Source of the DNA: a virus | Lineage: Duplodnaviria; Caudoviricetes | DNA length: 64,000 bases | Direction: 5' to 3' (one strand) | IMG/VR virus record: IMGVR_UViG_3300043120_000083 | Location: 37,027 to 101,026 of that record | Part shown: positions 40,154 to 49,580 of the stretch, in pieces | Layout: each line of letters starts with the position of its first letter | How positions within the stretch are numbered: position 1 is the first letter of the stretch | Notes under the pieces: model-generated | Seen by the model: the letters and a program-made list of their open reading frames with translations, nothing else | Told to the model about the DNA's origin: nothing | The model's database searches: none | Translations under genes and position numbers: made by a program

Positions 40154-40402
40154 ATGAAACACTATCTTGTAACAATCGCAACCGGGGAATATGAAGATAA
40201 GACAGATTACCACATCTTCACAACCCCTAATAAAGAGAAAGCGGAAGAGTGGAAGAACAAGTTCAACCGGATAAAGGAAACAGCAAAAGAATGGGTAGAA
40301 AATTACAACATCCGGGACAGAAATGTTTTACCATTCATGTATTGGGAAAGGTTGTATTACAATCCAAAAGCAAGCATAACAGAAGTAGAATTTAGAGAAT
40401 AG
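40154..40402 (+). CDS. Hypothetical protein, paralogue of 40408
   Basis: Shares MKHY, NKEKAE..NKFNRI and LPFxYWER with 40408. Confidence 0.65.
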   Translation: MKHYLVTIATGEYEDKTDYHIFTTPNKEKAEEWKNKFNRIKETAKEWVENYNIRDRNVLPFMYWERLYYNPKASITEVEFRE

Positions 40403-40407
40403 AAAGG

Positions 40408-40656
40408 ATGAAACATTACATAGTAATAGTTCACGTTGACGATGGCATCCACTTCCTATTCTCAACTTCTAATAAAGAAAAGGCTGAGAGATATAGGAAT
40501 AAGTTCAATCGTATTGCTGGCATAAATGAAGACTGGATTCAAAGTTTTGATGCAGAAACAGCTTTAGAGAAAGGAGAAAGTTTACCATTCCACTATTGGG
40601 AACGTAAGTTTGATGATATTTTGTGTAAAGTAAAGGAAGTTAAATTTTTAGGATAA
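40408..40656 (+). CDS. Hypothetical protein, paralogue of 40154
   Basis: Same shared motifs as 40154. Confidence 0.65.
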   Translation: MKHYIVIVHVDDGIHFLFSTSNKEKAERYRNKFNRIAGINEDWIQSFDAETALEKGESLPFHYWERKFDDILCKVKEVKFLG

Positions 40657-40889
40657 AGGCTATGCAGATCATTCAAGGAGACAAATCAACCCTAATAAAG
40701 TGTATCAGGGAAGATAAAAAGAGAAATAAAGATAAGTAGGTAGGGTTTCGTAGGTTCAATTTTGGTTAGGAGAGGGGATATGGTGAAACGTCACTTTTAT
40801 CCCCTTTTTATTAAAACTTGATAAATAATTTTGTTTTTCAATATAAAGTAACCAAATTAGCACCCTAAACAAATACAAAAAATAAAGAG

Positions 40890-41842
40890 ATGAAAAAGAA
40901 CAGACAAGATTTACTTCGTGAATTTAAAACAGACAGAGGTCATTCAGCAAAACCTGATGTACTTGAACAGTTTGAACCATTTGGAGAAGATATTTCTCTA
41001 AGTATCACAGAAGAGTTTGAGGAAACGTTTGAAGAGGAGGTTTATGACACAGAAAATGAAGAGTTTCTTTGTTCAGATTTAGGTATTAAAATAGCCGACA
41101 AATGGGACAAAAGAGCAGAAGAAATAAAAGAAGCATGGGATAAGGTTGAAGGTGTAAATGATATGCTTGATGATATTCCAGACATCATTGAATATATAAA
41201 ATGGTTGGAAGAAAAGTTGGAGGATAGATAATGAGTGGGGGAAGATTTGACTATCTACAATCAAGATACGAATGGGAAGATGCTTTAGAGGTTATAGAAA
41301 GCCATATAAAAGACAACCCGGACGAATATACTGAAGAGACACTAAAACGCTTTAAAATAGGCTTTGAATTAATAAAAAAGGCGCAAATATATCTCAAAAG
41401 AATAGATTACCTTCTATCTGGAGATGATGGAGAAGAAACTTTTCACGAAAGAATAAAAGAGGATCACGAAAAAGAAAACTTAAAATTAGATTAAGCCATG
41501 AAATTAAAAACAAGAATTAAAAGAGCATTAGCAGCCTTCCTAAGAGAAGAACTATTAGAATACATAGGGTATAAACACAATTCCCCATTACATTCTACTT
41601 CATCATTCGTTGTAGAAGATATTCCATTTGATACACTAACAATGGAGAAGACTATCAATCTGGCAGGAATGAATGAAGAACGGGGTCAATATATGTTGGA
41701 AGATGAAATACAAAGAGCAAAGAAAGTGTTTGCTCATCAGGTAATGGATCACATTCACGTAGATGCAAGAGAATTGTTACACCCGGAGTATAAGTATCAA
41801 AAGTTTATCACATTAAGATTAAGAGTTCAAAGGAAACAGTAA
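40890..41842 (+). other. Three hypothetical genes (40890, 41231, 41498)
   Basis: Packed ORFs behind a promoter-like motif at ~40840. Confidence 0.6.
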
Positions 41843-41843
41843 G

Positions 41844-42014
41844 ATGAACGAAGACAGTGATATGCCTTTTGGAAAGTATGCAGGAAGAAAGATGAAGGAT
41901 GTACCAACAGGGTATCTCATCTTTTTATACAACAAAGGCATAATCTCTATCAAGAACTGGAACAGGGTATATTGGTACGTGAAAGAAAAATGTTTTAAAA
42001 GAAGAAAAGGATAA
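41844..42014 (+). CDS. Small MPFGKY-motif (DUF3820-like) protein, not in ORF track
   Basis: MNEDSDMPFGKYAGRKMKDVPTGYL, 56 aa. Confidence 0.6.
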   Translation: MNEDSDMPFGKYAGRKMKDVPTGYLIFLYNKGIISIKNWNRVYWYVKEKCFKRRKG

Positions 42015-42101
42015 AAATATGCCTTAAAATTTTGTTTTTAACCTTTAAAGTTTTAATTTTAAGTAATAATTCGTACAAAATTGGTAAACAATCATATTAA
42101 C

Positions 42102-42911
42102 ATGATTCAAGATAACACAATAACAAGAGAAGACTTTGAAAAGAGCGCACGTTTGAATGACCTCGAAGTCTTTACCGAACAAGAAGTGAATGCGTGGCTT
42201 TCGGACAAGAAGAAACTAATTGAGAAGTCAGAAGTAGATGAACTTGACGAAATAGAAAAGGGAGAGTTGAACGACTTCATTATTGATAGCAAATCCCTGA
42301 ATAAGGTAGTAGTGATTGAAGCAGACCTCACTAAATCAGTTATGTTTTACCGCCCTTCTCAGGTAAAGTGGGACAAAGATGAAGAAGGCAACCTAATGAA
42401 AGCACGGAGTGGTGTATATAAGGACACTCCATATAATCGCAAAAAAGGTGTTGTGGGTATGAAGTATGGAGTTTCTAAGGAAGGGAAGAAGGGAACTGAG
42501 AAGAAAGGGAAAGATATGAAAAAACCAACCATGAATAATTTGGATTGGGGTAAAACAACAGAAGAAAGAAACAGTAACTTAGATAAGTATGAATCTTTAA
42601 AGACAGAAGATGAAAAGGTTAAATTTTTGAATGAATTAAAAGGTAAACCAGAAGCTGGAGAGAAGAAAGAGGGGAAGGAAGAGAAAGAAACTAAAGGTGG
42701 TGAAGATTCATCTAAGGAAGAGGTGAAAGAATTAAAAACATTATCTCCAGATAAACCTTTAGATTCACAATTAAAAGAATTAACTGGCGATGGGTTTGAA
42801 ATAGGAAAGTTTCACAATGAAGGAAGTAAACCAGATTCTCCACTAAGACCAACAGGCGTTTTAATTCATGATAAAACGGGCAAAAAATTTAAAGTGCCTC
42901 CTAAAAATTAA
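42102..42911 (+). CDS. Putative internal head protein with RSGVY motif
   Basis: KARSGVYKDTPYNRKKGVVGMKYG and several EK[S/G] sites, at the start of the virion module. Confidence 0.55.
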   Translation: MIQDNTITREDFEKSARLNDLEVFTEQEVNAWLSDKKKLIEKSEVDELDEIEKGELNDFIIDSKSLNKVVVIEADLTKSVMFYRPSQVKWDKDEEGNLMKARSGVYKDTPYNRKKGVVGMKYGVSKEGKKGTEKKGKDMKKPTMNNLDWGKTTEERNSNLDKYESLKTEDEKVKFLNELKGKPEAGEKKEGKEEKETKGGEDSSKEEVKELKTLSPDKPLDSQLKELTGDGFEIGKFHNEGSKPDSPLRPTGVLIHDKTGKKFKVPPKN

Positions 42912-42950
42912 ATAAAATTTCGCACAAATAATATATCACACTAATTAAAA

Positions 42951-43478
42951 ATGGCAAAAACATATAAATTTCACAATCAAGATAAATCAGTAGATATAGA
43001 CATCATTACTGATGGAATAGGTAGTTACGATAAACTATTCATTAATGACATTCAAGGAACACTTTCAGAAGCAACTAAGTTGGGACTTGACTATGTAGTA
43101 GAATCTGTTACCGAAACAGAACTAATGCAAAAGGCAATCAATACAGGACTTTATCTAACAGTTTATGACTTGGATAACGGCCCCGAAATACTAAATATTG
43201 CCGGAGCAACACTTGTAAGTCCTGAAGCCGGAGCAACAGATATTGCAGTGGCTGGAGACCTAACTTGGGAAGAAGTTTACGGAGCAGACGAATATGATGT
43301 TTACCTATGGGAAGCTTCGGGAGAAAAGCCAGCTTCACCAACTTCAGAAGGAGAAACTGGAACTACTTATTCTTACACAGGACTTACAGCAGCTACTGAA
43401 TATAGCTGGCAAATCGTAGCTAAATCAGGTGATCTTACTTCAGAAAGCGAAGTTAGAACATTTACCACAGCTGCTTAA
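42951..43478 (+). CDS. Virion protein with a C-terminal fibronectin-III-like domain
   Basis: LTWEEV, YDVYL and YTGLTAATEYSWQIVA motifs. Confidence 0.65.
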   Translation: MAKTYKFHNQDKSVDIDIITDGIGSYDKLFINDIQGTLSEATKLGLDYVVESVTETELMQKAINTGLYLTVYDLDNGPEILNIAGATLVSPEAGATDIAVAGDLTWEEVYGADEYDVYLWEASGEKPASPTSEGETGTTYSYTGLTAATEYSWQIVAKSGDLTSESEVRTFTTAA

Positions 43479-43517
43479 TTAATGGACTTTCTGATTAATC
43501 CATAATAGTTAAGTTTT

Positions 43518-43555
43518 CCTCAACAGGTCTTTAATTAGGTCTGTTGAGGTTTTTA
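43518..43555 (+). terminator. Terminator-like hairpin
   Basis: CCTCAACAG / CTGTTGAGG followed by a T tract. Confidence 0.65.
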
Positions 43556-43582
43556 CGTTTTAATATATTTGAAAAATTAAAT

Positions 43583-45781
43583 ATGTCTCAAGAAAAAGAA
43601 CAGGCTAAAGAATCAATTTTAAGTACAGAAAACCTGAATGTTCAGGATTTGTCACTTAATCAAATTGACAGTATCATAAAAGGCTTGTCTCTACATAAAG
43701 ACAATGTATTAAAGTCTTCTCTTGAAAGTACAGACGTGTCCGAAATAATTAAGGCACAAAACTACCTTGAATCAACTAAGAAACCACAAAAATCTCCAGA
43801 CTTAAAGTCACACCTTTTCGTACCTGACGAAGCAGCTTACCATACAGGAAGAGGGTATAAAGAAAATTATAGCGGAGTACCCTTTGAAGTTCTTCAGAAG
43901 ATGGGGAATATTCCCATTGTATATTCTATAATAAACACCCGGTTAGACCAAGTTAAGAACTTCCTAAAATTCTCTAACGATGAAGAGAAAGCAGGATACA
44001 CTATTGTAAGAAAGAAAGGGTTGTTTGAAGACAAAGAAAAAGAACTTACTTCAGAAGATAAAAAGAAAATAGAATACATAGTAAACTATCTTGAATACGG
44101 AGGTAGAGGTGGAAAGTGGGATGATGGAGAAGACCTTGTAGAATTTGTAAGTAAGATAGTAAAGGATTCACTAACTGTTGACCAAGCCACAGCAGAGATA
44201 ATCCGAGATAGAAAAGGGGATTTATTCAAGCACGTAGCAGTAGATGGTTCAACAATCCGTATATTGGATAGCAATGACCAAAGATTTAAAGACCAATTTA
44301 AGGGAATGGAAAGGAATGGCTACCTTCCTAAATATGCACAGGTCTGGAATCAAAATATAGTAACTAATCACATCACAGGAAGACCAGTTGTTTATTACCC
44401 TTGGGAATTGATGTATGGAGTACGTAATAAGTCCTCTAATGTAAGATTGAATGGATACGGTGTAAGCGAATTAGAAGCCGGAATAGAACTTGTAACGTGG
44501 ATTCTTTGGGGTATGCAATACAACGGTAACTTCTTTAAACAAGGAAGTCAACCTAAAGGATTTATCAAGATGAAAGAGGGGAACATGAGTAATAATGTTC
44601 TCAATGAATTTCGTCAGGCATGGAGGCAGATGATGTCGGGAGTTCACAATTGTCTTAGTGGAGATACTTTTATTATTACAAGAGAAGGAAGAAAGGAATT
44701 ACAAGAGTTTTTTGTAGAGAACAGCGAAGACAAATATACTGAAATTTGGACTGGTAAGAAGTTTGAAAAAGGTTTGGTGTATAAGTCAGGAGAAAAAGTT
44801 TTAAATAAGATAACCCTAAATAATGGAATGACTATTAAGTCATCTCCAGATCATAGATTCAAAACAGTTAATGAAGAAGGTGATATTGTTTGGAAATTGC
44901 GTTCAGATTTAAAAGAAGGTGATTTCTTGATGATAAATAAGTCTTCAGTTAGTTTATGGGAAAAGATAAAAGGTTTGTTTAAAAAGGTAAACCCTTCTAA
45001 TGAATTAAAATATTTCCATTTTGAAAAGATAGTAAAACTTGAAGAGTTTGAAGATAAAGAAGAAATGTATGACGTTCAGATTTTCGATAATGAGAATCAG
45101 TTTATAGCTAACGGAATACTTTCTCACAACTCCCATAAAATCCCGGTCTTCGAAGGGTTAGATATGGAATGGGTTGATTTGCAGAAAAATAACAGGGATA
45201 TGGAGTTCCAAAATTGGAATGAGTTCCTAATTGTAATGTTCTGTTCTATGTACAAAATAGACCCCTCTGAGCTTGGTTTCCACTTTAAGAACCAAAAAGA
45301 CATGTTCGGTCAAGATGGACAAAGAGAAAGATTAGATCACTCACAAAAGAAAGGATTAACCCCTCTATTAAGATTCTTACAGAAGTTAATCAACAAATTT
45401 ATTGTAAGTGAAATAGACGAGAAGTATGAATTTCAATTTACAGGGGTAGAGGTAGAAGACGAAGAAAGACAGGTAGAATTAGACAAGAAAAAGTCTGAAG
45501 CTGGCTTTGTAAGTCATGAGGATATGTTTGAGAAATATACAGGACGTGAATTTGATTCAGAAAAAGACACCATTCTAAACCAAGTATTCCAAACAGCACA
45601 ACAAGCTAAACAATTTGGTGGACAGGAAATGAATGATTTGGTAGATGAAGAAACCGGAGAAGGTGATGAGGGAGTTCAAAATCCATTCGATGAGTATGAA
45701 AAATCAGCCAAATCAGACCCGATTGCAGCAGAGTCAATGAAATATATAGATAACTTGTTTAAAGGGAAATTAGATAACTAA
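43583..45781 (+). CDS. Portal protein containing an intein
   Basis: GYGVSELE, NFFKQGSQPKG, RDMEF and IDPSELGF motifs typical of SPO1/Twort-like portals. Likely start is ATG at 43583. Confidence 0.88.
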   Translation: MSQEKEQAKESILSTENLNVQDLSLNQIDSIIKGLSLHKDNVLKSSLESTDVSEIIKAQNYLESTKKPQKSPDLKSHLFVPDEAAYHTGRGYKENYSGVPFEVLQKMGNIPIVYSIINTRLDQVKNFLKFSNDEEKAGYTIVRKKGLFEDKEKELTSEDKKKIEYIVNYLEYGGRGGKWDDGEDLVEFVSKIVKDSLTVDQATAEIIRDRKGDLFKHVAVDGSTIRILDSNDQRFKDQFKGMERNGYLPKYAQVWNQNIVTNHITGRPVVYYPWELMYGVRNKSSNVRLNGYGVSELEAGIELVTWILWGMQYNGNFFKQGSQPKGFIKMKEGNMSNNVLNEFRQAWRQMMSGVHNCLSGDTFIITREGRKELQEFFVENSEDKYTEIWTGKKFEKGLVYKSGEKVLNKITLNNGMTIKSSPDHRFKTVNEEGDIVWKLRSDLKEGDFLMINKSSVSLWEKIKGLFKKVNPSNELKYFHFEKIVKLEEFEDKEEMYDVQIFDNENQFIANGILSHNSHKIPVFEGLDMEWVDLQKNNRDMEFQNWNEFLIVMFCSMYKIDPSELGFHFKNQKDMFGQDGQRERLDHSQKKGLTPLLRFLQKLINKFIVSEIDEKYEFQFTGVEVEDEERQVELDKKKSEAGFVSHEDMFEKYTGREFDSEKDTILNQVFQTAQQAKQFGGQEMNDLVDEETGEGDEGVQNPFDEYEKSAKSDPIAAESMKYIDNLFKGKLDN
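44651..45130 (+). mobile_element. Mini-intein (160 aa, no endonuclease) in the portal
   Basis: Starts CLSGDT, block B SPDHRF, block F MYDVQI, ends SHN followed by Ser. Confidence 0.92.
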
Positions 45782-45782
45782 T

Positions 45783-46529
45783 ATGAAATTTGAAGAAGAG
45801 ATAAATAATTATCATAAAGAAAGAAAAGATTTTATTAAAAAATCTTTTGATTACAGTTGTGATAATTTAATAGAAAAAGCAAGAAGTGGTGTGTACAAAG
45901 ATACTCCTGAAAATAGAAAATTGGGAAGAGTTGGTATGAAGTATGGAGGAAAGAAAGAAAAGCCTACCAAAAACATAAAAAAAGAAGATCATAAAGGAGA
46001 ACCTTTATCTTATAAACTTAGTGAAGATCACGAATATTTTGTAAGATTTTCAGACCATATTGAAGAGGATTTGAAAAGAGGATGGAGTAGTTGGAATTTT
46101 GGAGGGGATGGCGTGGAAGCTGAATCTGCTTATGATTTAGGTAACGAGATTAAAGAGATTAAAGAAAATTTAGATGAAGGGGAAGAAACAGAATATAGTA
46201 TTTCTGGATTTGATATTTTGATTGATGAGAACATTAAGATAGATATTGATTATGATTCTGTCAGTATAAATAATGGGGAATATGAAATAAAAGAACTTTA
46301 CGATGGGTACTGGGTACTTGTTGATAACGTTAATTCTCCCGGCGAATTGTCATCCCATAAAGTTGATGATGATGATTTAGATGATATGGATAATTTAGGA
46401 GAGTTAGTTAACTATGTTGAAAGTAAGGAGTCTAAATTTGATGGCACAGGGGACGGGGAGTCATTTGATGCTTCAGAAGCAAGAGTTGTTTACTCTAAAG
46501 GTAATATGCATATTTTAGAAGTAGGTTAA
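45783..46529 (+). CDS. Putative internal head protein with RSGVY motif and acidic domain
   Basis: IEKARSGVYKDTPENRKLGRVGMKYG. Confidence 0.55.
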   Translation: MKFEEEINNYHKERKDFIKKSFDYSCDNLIEKARSGVYKDTPENRKLGRVGMKYGGKKEKPTKNIKKEDHKGEPLSYKLSEDHEYFVRFSDHIEEDLKRGWSSWNFGGDGVEAESAYDLGNEIKEIKENLDEGEETEYSISGFDILIDENIKIDIDYDSVSINNGEYEIKELYDGYWVLVDNVNSPGELSSHKVDDDDLDDMDNLGELVNYVESKESKFDGTGDGESFDASEARVVYSKGNMHILEVG

Positions 46530-46702
46530 TATGGTTAAAATTGATAAAAAAACAATACGTCCAGCTAAAGCGAAAGCAAAAGACCCATACCGTTATCCTA
46601 ATGTAAGTGAAGTAATAGAAAATAAATCAAAAGACGATTTTAAATTACAGATTAACAAAATGAGGGCCGATATAACGTATAAAATGACTAAATTTCTAAA
46701 GA

Positions 46703-47551
46703 ATGGTTGAATTTAAAAAGACTAATGACATCTTTACATCACGTATCAAGGTAGAGAGGAAGAAAGATTGGGAGAGTTGGGTGCTATTATTAAGTGATGT
46801 TCATTTTGATAGTAAACATTGTGATAGAAAACTTTTAAAGAAACATTTAGACGAAGCAAAAGAGAAAAACGCTCAGATATATATTTTTGGTGACTTATTT
46901 GACATGATGCAAGGACGTTATGATCCACGTGGGGATAAATCAGATTTACGTCCAGAATATCATGTAAAGGATTATTTTGATGCTTTAGTTAGGGATGCAA
47001 TTAAGTTCTTTGAACCGTATAAAGACAATATTAAGTTGGTTACTTATGGAAACCATGAATTAAGTGTTCTAAAAAGACAAGAGGTTAATGTTTTAAGGAA
47101 CTTTGCAGAAAGATTAGGTATCCAATTAGGAGATTATTCAGGGTTTGTAAGGTTATCATTAAGGGACAACTTCTCTAAAAAAGGAGGACATGTTTCAGAT
47201 TCAAGACTACTCTATTTTAATCACGGTTCAGGAGGTAATTCACCAGTTACACGTGGGGTAATAAAAACAAATAGAAGGCAAAATTACATTAGTGCAGATA
47301 TATTTGTTTCTGGGCATATACATAATGAATGGATTGTTGCTCTACCTATGGTATCTGTAACACAAAAAGGCAATATCCTTAAAAAGGAACAAACTCACAT
47401 TAGTTTAGGCACATACAAGGACGATTCATTTACTGACAGTTCGTGGGCCGACACAAAAGAATTTCCACCACCTAACATGGGGGGTTGTTGGGTTAAGTTT
47501 GAGTATGAAAATGGAGATAAAATAAAAGAAAGGTTCTTTAGAGCAAATTAA
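46703..47551 (+). CDS. Calcineurin-like metallophosphoesterase
   Basis: DVH, GDLFD, GNHE, HG and GHIH motifs. Confidence 0.85.
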   Translation: MVEFKKTNDIFTSRIKVERKKDWESWVLLLSDVHFDSKHCDRKLLKKHLDEAKEKNAQIYIFGDLFDMMQGRYDPRGDKSDLRPEYHVKDYFDALVRDAIKFFEPYKDNIKLVTYGNHELSVLKRQEVNVLRNFAERLGIQLGDYSGFVRLSLRDNFSKKGGHVSDSRLLYFNHGSGGNSPVTRGVIKTNRRQNYISADIFVSGHIHNEWIVALPMVSVTQKGNILKKEQTHISLGTYKDDSFTDSSWADTKEFPPPNMGGCWVKFEYENGDKIKERFFRAN

Positions 47552-47662
47552 ACAATGGGCAAATCTTTTAAGAAAGGTCAAAGGGAAGAGAAGAATAAAA
47601 AGAAGAGCTACGACCGAAAAGTGAGACGTAAAGTAAAGAAAGTTAATTTAGACGAAGAGTAA

Positions 47663-48598
47663 ATGTTCACAGTTGACCAAATAAGAGAAATACTTTCGAT
47701 TGTCGATTATCATCAATCTTTCCTCATTATGCAAGTTTTGGGGAAAGATTCATTAGACGACTTCGATAAATATATTTTACGTTCCAACGGTGTAGATATT
47801 GATAAAATAGAGGCAGGGGTTCCAACTTACTATCAAAGTTTGATGTGGGGAAGGTTGTCTGTTATGCTTCAAGAAAAGGATGCAAAGGATATAAAATATG
47901 ATGACTTTCTAAAGCATATTAAACAAGGTCAGTACATTCCTCTATCCAAAAGAGAACAGGCAGAATACGAAGCAGCGAAACAAAAGACATATACCCACCT
48001 AAAAGGATTAGGAACTAAGGTAAAGGGAGACGTTTCTAATATACTTTTCAATGAAGATGATAAGTTAAGAGAAGAAAGACGTAAGGCAGTAAAAGAAGAA
48101 ATAGAAAGGGGAACGCTGGAGCGTAAAAGTTTGAAGTCAATAGTAAGCGATATAGGTCATAGAACAGAAGTTTGGAACCACGATTGGGCAAGAATAATCG
48201 AAACAGAATGTAACGACATTTTTCAACAAGGACGGGAAAGTGTAATAAGAGAACAGGAGGGAGACGATGCAAGGGTATTTAAAGACACATTCCAAGGCGC
48301 ATGTCGTCATTGCATACGTTTACATTTGACTAATGGGATTGGGAGTAAACCGATAGTGTTTAAGTTATCAGAATTGTCAGCCAATGGAACAAATGTAGGA
48401 AGGAAAGTAGCCGATTGGAAGCCTGTAATTGGCTCGGTGCATCCCCACTGTAGATGCCATTTACGTAAGATACCAAAGGGTTACGAATGGGACGAAGAAA
48501 AAGGTAAATTTTCCCTAAAACAAAAAGAAATAAAAGAAAGAGTGAAGAGAACAAGAAAGATACCTATTCAAATAGGCGATGTTACTAAATATGTTTAA
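47663..48598 (+). CDS. Head morphogenesis protein (SPP1 gp7/Mu F-like)
   Basis: RIIETE, CRHC and HPHCRC motifs. Confidence 0.75.
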   Translation: MFTVDQIREILSIVDYHQSFLIMQVLGKDSLDDFDKYILRSNGVDIDKIEAGVPTYYQSLMWGRLSVMLQEKDAKDIKYDDFLKHIKQGQYIPLSKREQAEYEAAKQKTYTHLKGLGTKVKGDVSNILFNEDDKLREERRKAVKEEIERGTLERKSLKSIVSDIGHRTEVWNHDWARIIETECNDIFQQGRESVIREQEGDDARVFKDTFQGACRHCIRLHLTNGIGSKPIVFKLSELSANGTNVGRKVADWKPVIGSVHPHCRCHLRKIPKGYEWDEEKGKFSLKQKEIKERVKRTRKIPIQIGDVTKYV

Positions 48599-48816
48599 TA
48601 TTACTTTTAAAAGTGGTAAAATTTTATTATTTTTAAGTGGGCTAAATATATTTGTGTAAAATTCTTGTGATATGTGTCGTGGTAAAATATATAGTTTTAG
48701 TGCCTTTTTTGGCAGGATTGTTCTCTTTCTTGTATTCATTATATAGGTTTAGATTGGAAAAGAAAAAATTGAAATATTTAGAAGATGAAATTCGTGAAGG
48801 AACAAATATAAATGAA

Positions 48817-49047
48817 ATGATGAGTGAACAGAATGACTGGAATGAATATAAAGTCCACGTGTTAGCCTCTATTAACGAAATGAGGGAGGATTTTAAATCA
48901 TTTAAAAACGAAATGTTGCAAGAAATTTCTGATTTAAAGAAGAATATGGCAACATTAAGTATGAAAACAAGTTTTGTTGCTGGCTTTTTCGGAACACTTG
49001 GAGGTTCAATAGCCGTTCTAATTACATTATTGGTTACTAAACTATGA
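48817..49047 (+). CDS. Small coiled-coil protein with C-terminal TM segment (holin/hemolysin-like?)
   Basis: ATG at 48817, hydrophobic tail. Confidence 0.45.
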   Translation: MMSEQNDWNEYKVHVLASINEMREDFKSFKNEMLQEISDLKKNMATLSMKTSFVAGFFGTLGGSIAVLITLLVTKL

Positions 49048-49571
49048 TAAACAAGGAAGACATCAAACAAGAAGAGCAGGATATTCAAAAATCATTGAAT
49101 TATTTTATCATTCATGAACTTGAGAATACTGAATTAGGGGATGTGAATGTAAAAGGTTCAGAGGTAAAAGAAAAGCTACTGGTACATAAGGGGGCAATCA
49201 TCAACACTCTTGAGCATTGCATACGTAAGATGGGAACTATTTCAAACGAAATAGGAGAAAAACCAATGGATACCTGTCCTGAAATGCCTTCTATTTACAA
49301 GTATAGTTACAAACAGATTTACCCTAAAGATTATATTTCTGAAGGCCCACAAGAGACCTCTGATTACGGATATGAGGTAAATAAAGAAGAGGATGAACCA
49401 GTTATCTCTCCAAAAAAGCAAGAAAAAATGCGTGAATATAACCGATATACTCACGAAATGATTCAAGCTAAGGAGAATTTAGGTTTCACAAAGAAAATGA
49501 TTGACAATATCAAAGAAAATAAAGAGTATAAACTGCCTATTCGTGTAGCTAATCATTTAGGTGTAGAATAA
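49044..49571 (+). CDS. Hypothetical virion-module protein
   Basis: 175-aa ORF. Confidence 0.6.
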   Translation: MINKEDIKQEEQDIQKSLNYFIIHELENTELGDVNVKGSEVKEKLLVHKGAIINTLEHCIRKMGTISNEIGEKPMDTCPEMPSIYKYSYKQIYPKDYISEGPQETSDYGYEVNKEEDEPVISPKKQEKMREYNRYTHEMIQAKENLGFTKKMIDNIKENKEYKLPIRVANHLGVE

Positions 49572-49580
49572 ACAAATATC

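Noticed and set aside
42081-48600. Terminase large subunit near the portal
   Set aside because: No ORF with terminase ATPase and nuclease motifs is present, so it presumably lies outside the window.
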